A stretch of 63,485 nucleotides of DNA, counting the filler, from Parachlamydiales bacterium (GTDB taxonomy: Bacteria > Chlamydiota > Chlamydiia > Chlamydiales > Parachlamydiaceae): assembly GCA_020051075.1 (NCBI GenBank). It is 4 parts of 4 records of this genome, joined end to end, with 100 filler letters (N's around TTAATTAATTAA, not from the genome) between each part and the next. Parts side by side here need not be neighbours in the genome. Positions count along the whole stretch, not along the records: positions 55,531 to 63,485 come from JAGVJP010000008.1; 3 more parts are not named here. One strand, given 5' to 3'. Position 1 is the first letter of the stretch; every line of letters begins with the position of its first letter. The notes under the pieces are model-generated. The model was given only the letters and a program-made list of their open reading frames with translations, ran no database searches and was not told where the DNA came from. Positions 58,552 to 63,485 of the stretch are shown piece after piece. Made by a program: the position numbers and the translations under genes.

Positions 58552-59675
58552 ATCAACAGCTAATCTGTGCAATTCGACCATCAGCGAGTTCTTATGCTAT
58601 AGATATTGACAACGGCATCTTATCCAGTAAAACAAGGATTGTTGAAACGTTAAGAAACTTCTCTTCAACTTTCGCAGTCATTACAGATGACATTGTTGCT
58701 GAACTGTACGGGAAGCAGTTATGTCAAGCACTCTCCTCCGCTCATCTAAATGCCCACTTATTCTCTTTTCCTAGCGGAGAACAGCATAAAACACGAGCGA
58801 CCAAAGAAGCATTAGAAGATCAACTATTTGAAAAGGGATTTGGAAGCGATATCTGTGTGATTGGGCTTGGAGGTGGTGTTGTGACCGACCTGGCAGGATA
58901 TCTCGCAGCAACCTATTGCCGAGGCGTTCCCTTTGTCACTATCCCTACAACTCTTCTCGGAATGGTCGATGCGAGCATCGGAGGCAAAGGAGGCGTCAAT
59001 GTTCCATGTGGAAAAAATATGCTTGGATGCATCTACCAACCAAATAAAGTCATCATCGACCCTTCTTCTCTGCAGACACTGTCAAAAAAAGAACTGAGGA
59101 ATGGCGCCGTCGAAATGATCAAACATGGGTTAATCGCTGACGAGCAGTATTTTGAGTTCCTTGAAAACAATGTTGAACAACTTCTCGCTTTAGACTCAAC
59201 ACCCCTCAAACGAGCGATATTTGAAAGCTGCCGCATTAAAAAAGAAATCGTAGAACATGATGTAAGAGGCCAGGGGAAACGGCACCTTCTGAATTTTGGA
59301 CATACTGTCGGACACGCCTTAGAACATTTAACCGACTACTCCCTCCCTCATGGAGAAGCTGTTGCAATAGGGATGCTGGTCGAAGGACATCTCGCCATGC
59401 AATTAGAGCACATTGACCTTGATTCTTTCGATAGAATACGCAAAATTTTAATCAGTTATGGACTCCCTTTGCACCTCCCCTGCCAATACCCTATACAAGC
59501 CATTCTCAATACGATGGCGTCGGATAAAAAATCCCTTAACGGGGAGCCCCGTTTTGTGCTCCTTGACAAGATTGGTTCATGCTCTACCTATGGTTCGCAC
59601 TATTGCGTGCATGTCAGTAAAAGTCTTTTAAACAACGCTTTACAATGGATGCTCAATGCTTTGTGTCATCATTAA
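58548..59675 (+). CDS. aroB: 3-dehydroquinate synthase
   Basis: GGGVVTDLAG, PTTLLGMVDASIGGK, LNFGHT, HGEAV, DKK. Confidence 0.95.
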   Translation: MNQQLICAIRPSASSYAIDIDNGILSSKTRIVETLRNFSSTFAVITDDIVAELYGKQLCQALSSAHLNAHLFSFPSGEQHKTRATKEALEDQLFEKGFGSDICVIGLGGGVVTDLAGYLAATYCRGVPFVTIPTTLLGMVDASIGGKGGVNVPCGKNMLGCIYQPNKVIIDPSSLQTLSKKELRNGAVEMIKHGLIADEQYFEFLENNVEQLLALDSTPLKRAIFESCRIKKEIVEHDVRGQGKRHLLNFGHTVGHALEHLTDYSLPHGEAVAIGMLVEGHLAMQLEHIDLDSFDRIRKILISYGLPLHLPCQYPIQAILNTMASDKKSLNGEPRFVLLDKIGSCSTYGSHYCVHVSKSLLNNALQWMLNALCHH

Positions 59676-61143
59676 AGGCCCCTCTATCGAAGAGGCCCAT
59701 CAACAAATCGTAAATGCTCTAGAACAGGCTGATATCGTCGAACTGCGGCTCGATTACTTTGATCGATTAGACTTATCATCCCTCGAAACCCTCCGCCTTC
59801 AATACTCCATTCCAATGATTTTTTCTTTAAGGAGTCAACTGCAAGGGGGAAATTATTCACAGACTGAAGAGAAACGCTTGGCTGATATCGAGCAGCTTGC
59901 GGCCTTAAAACCCGATTACCTCGATTTAGAGAATTTTATCGCGCCCGATTTTGTCAGTAAGATCTCTTCTCAGTTCCCTGAGATTAAGATCATCCTCTCC
60001 ACCCACAACTGCGAGGAAACACCTGATGATGAAAACCTGGAGAAACTTTATCTCGACATGAAAAAAATTCCAGCATTTTTCTATAAAATCGCTGTCACAG
60101 CTCGCCATCCATCAGATCCCTTGCGACTCCTATCCTGGGCTAAGAAATTCGACAAAAAACTCATTGCGATAAGTATGGGGATGGATGGACAGATCAGCCG
60201 CATTCTAGGTCCGATGTTTGGAAATCCGGTGACCTACGCTGCACTTGACGAAAACCAACAAAGCGCTCCTGGACAACTGACAGCTCAATTACTCCTTAAC
60301 CGCTATCGCCATCATTCTTTAAATCCCCTGACAAGGATCTATGGACTGATAGGCAACCCAGTCGAACCAAGCATTAGCGATGAAACTCATAATGGATTGA
60401 TCGCAGCCTGTGGATTGGATGCTGTTTATTTAAAAATCAATGTCAGACCATCCGAGTTGGCCGATTTTTTAAAATTAGCCAAACAACTCCCTTTCAGCGG
60501 ATTGAGCGTGACGATGCCTTTGAAAGAATACATCATCCCCTGTTTGGATGAGATTAACCCTCAAGCCGATGCGATTGGAGCTGTCAACACACTCCTTTTT
60601 GAAAATGGTAACATCATCGGATTCAACACCGATGGCATCGGAGCACTCAATGCCATTGAAAACATCTGCCCGGTTCAAGGCAAACGTATCGTGATGATTG
60701 GCGCTGGCGGTGCAGCCAAAGCGATAGCTTATGAAGCGATTCGCAGAGGGGGAAAGGTCATCATTCTCAACCGAGACGCTCAGAAGGCTGTTCAGATGGC
60801 TGAAAGCTTTTCTTGTGAAGGAAAAGGATTAGAAGAGATGGCTGCTTGTGCTGAATCCGGTTATGATATTTTGATCAATAGCACCCCTTCTCCGCTTCCA
60901 ATCGACCCGGCTCATATCCTTCCACAAGCGATTGTAATGGATATTAAGACCAAACCCAAAGACACTCTTTTTCTGAAACATGCAAAAGAAAAAGGATGCC
61001 GCGTCATCTACGGCTACCAGATGTTTATCGAACAAGCGATTGGACAATTTCATCTTTGGTTCAACACTCACATTCAGGCAAAAGATTGGACAAAACTCCT
61101 TAAAGATAAAGTTGTCGAGGCAATCGAAAACAAACATCCTTAG
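59656..61143 (+). CDS. aroDE: fused type I dehydroquinate dehydratase / shikimate dehydrogenase
   Basis: ELRLD and SAPGQ in the N-terminal half; SVTMPLK, GAVNT, NTDG and GAGGAA in the C-terminal half. Confidence 0.93.
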   Translation: MLCVIIKGPSIEEAHQQIVNALEQADIVELRLDYFDRLDLSSLETLRLQYSIPMIFSLRSQLQGGNYSQTEEKRLADIEQLAALKPDYLDLENFIAPDFVSKISSQFPEIKIILSTHNCEETPDDENLEKLYLDMKKIPAFFYKIAVTARHPSDPLRLLSWAKKFDKKLIAISMGMDGQISRILGPMFGNPVTYAALDENQQSAPGQLTAQLLLNRYRHHSLNPLTRIYGLIGNPVEPSISDETHNGLIAACGLDAVYLKINVRPSELADFLKLAKQLPFSGLSVTMPLKEYIIPCLDEINPQADAIGAVNTLLFENGNIIGFNTDGIGALNAIENICPVQGKRIVMIGAGGAAKAIAYEAIRRGGKVIILNRDAQKAVQMAESFSCEGKGLEEMAACAESGYDILINSTPSPLPIDPAHILPQAIVMDIKTKPKDTLFLKHAKEKGCRVIYGYQMFIEQAIGQFHLWFNTHIQAKDWTKLLKDKVVEAIENKHP

Positions 61144-61238
61144 ACCCCTAACTCTTAGCTCTTTGTTTTCACTTGGCTGAATCGTTTGAAATTATTCGAA
61201 AATTTATGTATAAAATAAGTATTTGAGCCAGAGAAAAG

Positions 61239-61952
61239 ATGAAAACATTCAACATCTATTGCGATGAATCTTGTCATCTAGAAAACGACCAACAACAGGT
61301 GATGATCCTTGGTGCGTTATGCTGTCCGGCCGAACTCTCAAGAAGCATTGCCAAAGGGATCAAAGCGGTTAAGGTCAAGCACAACTTAAGTCCAACTTTT
61401 GAAATCAAATGGACCAAAGTGTCTCCAGGAAAGCTCGATTTCTACATGGATCTTTTAGACTTTTTTTTTCAAGAAAAACACCTTCACTTTCGCGCTCTGA
61501 TCGTTCCTGATAAAACAAAACTTTGCCATGATGCTTTCAAACACGACCATGACACGTGGTATTACAAAATGTATTTTGAGTTACTGAAAGTTCTGCTCAA
61601 CCCTCAAGACCGCTTTCGCGTCTATCTAGATATTAAAGACTCAAGATCTGGTGACAAAGTGGCAAAGCTCCACGAAGTTCTTTCCAACAACAATTATGAC
61701 TTTGAACGGCAAATCGTTGGAAAAATACAAAATGTCCATTCTCACGAAATTGAGCAAGTGCAGTTAGCCGATCTCCTCATTGGTTGTGTACTCGCAGCGA
61801 ATAAGAATAATAACGAAAGCTTTTCTAAGCGGGCGTTAGTAGAGAAAATGCGCGATGTTCTAGAGTGTTGCTTGACTCAATCCACTCCCCTCTGGCAAAG
61901 AAAAGTTAACCTGTTCCGCTGGTCGAGTCGAGAGGTCAAGAATGGAGAATGA
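61239..61952 (+). CDS. DUF3800-family protein
   Basis: N-terminal IYCDESCHL, EIKW, and C-terminal QLADLLIG. Confidence 0.82.
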   Translation: MKTFNIYCDESCHLENDQQQVMILGALCCPAELSRSIAKGIKAVKVKHNLSPTFEIKWTKVSPGKLDFYMDLLDFFFQEKHLHFRALIVPDKTKLCHDAFKHDHDTWYYKMYFELLKVLLNPQDRFRVYLDIKDSRSGDKVAKLHEVLSNNNYDFERQIVGKIQNVHSHEIEQVQLADLLIGCVLAANKNNNESFSKRALVEKMRDVLECCLTQSTPLWQRKVNLFRWSSREVKNGE

Positions 61953-62493
61953 AACCCCTTCCTGGCTGCCGGCTCTACTCCTCTTTGAAAACTTCCAGGG
62001 CAACTGGGAGTGCTACATCCATGCAGTCCACCAACACTTTCATCAAGACTTCGTCGTCACCCGTCCCTCATTTGAACAACTGCCGATTTTCATCAGATCT
62101 CATCCTGTTCACGAGAAGAAAGGAGCAACCTTTTGGCACCTGATCTCAGAAGGAAGTGAAGAACCCGAGCGAACACCGGATCTTAGGCGTTGTGAGAGAA
62201 TCAGCTGGCCCAGGCCGCTCATCGAGAAAACAGATGCTGAAGAGGTGAAAATTTGGGAAACCATCCGTCCGTGGAAAAACCAACAACAGCGGAGAATCAA
62301 CTTCAGCCTCGATAATTTCAGCTATATTGTTGTCATTGCAGAAACGCACAGAGGATTTGACCTTGTCACTGCTTTCTACGTAGAAAGAATGCATCGACGA
62401 GAAAAACTCAGGAAAGAATATGAATTGTCTTCAGACAAAAAAAAGAGGGCTCCGCTGTTAAGACGGGCCCCAAACTCCTTCTACGCATGGTAG
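61942..62493 (+). CDS. hypothetical protein overlapping the DUF3800 gene (possible BECR/RelE-like RNase)
   Basis: 11-nt overlap with the upstream gene; FWHLIS, PDLRRCERISW and YIVVI..LVTAFYV. Confidence 0.75.
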   Translation: MENETPSWLPALLLFENFQGNWECYIHAVHQHFHQDFVVTRPSFEQLPIFIRSHPVHEKKGATFWHLISEGSEEPERTPDLRRCERISWPRPLIEKTDAEEVKIWETIRPWKNQQQRRINFSLDNFSYIVVIAETHRGFDLVTAFYVERMHRREKLRKEYELSSDKKKRAPLLRRAPNSFYAW

Positions 62494-62500
62494 ATGAGCA
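62437..62500 (-). ncRNA. candidate ~65-nt antisense structured RNA ending in an intrinsic terminator
   Basis: Minus-strand TTGACA-N18-GATAAT (62536-62507), hairpin CTCATCTAC..GTAGAAGGAG, hairpin GGGCCCG..CGGAGCCC, then a U-tract. Confidence 0.5.
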
Positions 62501-62614
62501 GTCTTTATTATCCTCTTTTTGTTCAGTTTATGTCAAGTTCAAGATTATAAACAAACTCAACAGCATTAGTTAATGCAAAAAGAAGTCTTAAAACAAACAT
62601 CACTCTATTTCAAG

Positions 62615-63145
62615 TTAAGGTTTAAGCACAGATGTAGAGTCGTTGCCATTTCTCCAGTCGATATAATCTTTTAAAACTTGAGCATGGTCAAAAGCAAGTT
62701 CTGTCCAAGGAATATCCTCAAGTTTCACAATAAACGCCTTAGCTGCATCATCACCCGCTTTAGGTTCTTGAAAAGCTTTGGCAACATGTGCCACTTCAAC
62801 AGAATGGTGCCTAAAATCTCTTGCAGGGTCGGAGTAAACGTGAAATTGCCTTAAATCGTTCAAACTGAGATTGACCTCTTCCAACATCTCTCGTCGTACG
62901 GCATTTTCAACGGTTTCGCCATATTCAACCTTACCTCCGGGAATCGCTTTGCCAAAAGGAGCTTTTCCTCGCTCAATCAAGACGATGCCTTTAAATTGAC
63001 CAGCCTCATAAATCTCAATAATTGCAGTGGTCGTTAGAATGGGAGGTTTATGTTCCTGCGGCAATTTTTGCTCTATCGCGAATCCTACAAAAGGTAGGCA
63101 CGACAATATAAAAAAGATCACATATTTATTCAGTGTTTGTGTCAT
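62615..63145 (-). CDS. Nudix hydrolase (ADP-ribose pyrophosphatase-like) with signal-peptide-like N-terminus
   Basis: Nudix box PGGKVEYGETVENAVRREMLEEVNL, YSDPARD, AGDDA, LAFDH. RBS GGAG precedes ATG 63145. Confidence 0.9.
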   Translation of the reverse strand: MTQTLNKYVIFFILSCLPFVGFAIEQKLPQEHKPPILTTTAIIEIYEAGQFKGIVLIERGKAPFGKAIPGGKVEYGETVENAVRREMLEEVNLSLNDLRQFHVYSDPARDFRHHSVEVAHVAKAFQEPKAGDDAAKAFIVKLEDIPWTELAFDHAQVLKDYIDWRNGNDSTSVLKP

Positions 63146-63238
63146 AAAAGAACTCCTTTTTTGTTTGTGAAGAAGAAAATATAACAATCAAAAAAACGAT
63201 TTGCAAGGAAAACAATTCACCACAAGAGCAAGGGACCA

Positions 63239-63483
63239 AAAGAGGTAATTGCAGAAGTAGAGCCCGAACCAGATCTGCGAGCCATCGCCGAAAACAGACT
63301 TTTATCAACTCACAGGTTCTTGCCAAAAATTGACCATCGAAAAGCGGAAGAAGACTTCCGCACTCCAAACGCTTCGCGTATTCAATACGATTTGTTGGAT
63401 ACGCGAAGCGTTTGGAGTGCGAAAGCCCCCTTTCGCTTTTCCGCCAAAGGATGTTGATCAGAACCTGTGCGCTTATAAAAGTT
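63239..63483. repeat. family C composite palindromic element, most complete copy
   Basis: Inner 22-bp perfect arms at 63360-63420; imperfect outer arms at 63298-63320 and 63460-63482. Confidence 0.85.
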
Positions 63484-63485
63484 GG

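Noticed and set aside
63126..63368. 80-aa ORF MECGSLLPLF...
   Set aside because: It derives from the family C repeat, with no coding evidence.
1..63485. tRNA, rRNA, prophage or intact transposase genes
   Set aside because: None recognisable by eye in this window.

Overview
Four concatenated contigs, joined by three artificial 100-nt N spacers that carry TTAATTAATTAA (16677-16776, 41380-41479, 55431-55530). The source is most likely an environmental chlamydia (Parachlamydiaceae/Protochlamydia-like), inferred from sctQ-pkn5 adjacency, the aroA-aroL-aroC-aroB-aroDE order, and amn, sulP and glgC. Contig 1 is accessory: redox enzymes, an aquaporin, glycosyltransferases, a HerA/DUF87-like ATPase, effector-like ORFs and pseudogenes. 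Contig 2 is mostly core: opp operon, ohr, amn, efp/epmA, sctQ, pkn5, sulP, der, glgC and eno. Contig 3 is almost entirely one >4450-aa protein, probably 5'-truncated, with helical repeats, a SecA-like helicase and a C-terminal OTU-like protease. Contig 4 holds the shikimate operon, a DUF3800 two-gene module with a candidate antisense small RNA, and a Nudix gene. Main highlights: the giant SecA/OTU protein; a 106-bp near-perfect palindrome inserted in frame in the HerA-like gene; an AAA_14/DUF4143-type ATPase gene bracketed by two copies of a 37-bp palindrome; the DUF3800 module; and several families of intergenic palindromic repeats. All family assignments come from motif recognition by eye; no searches were run.
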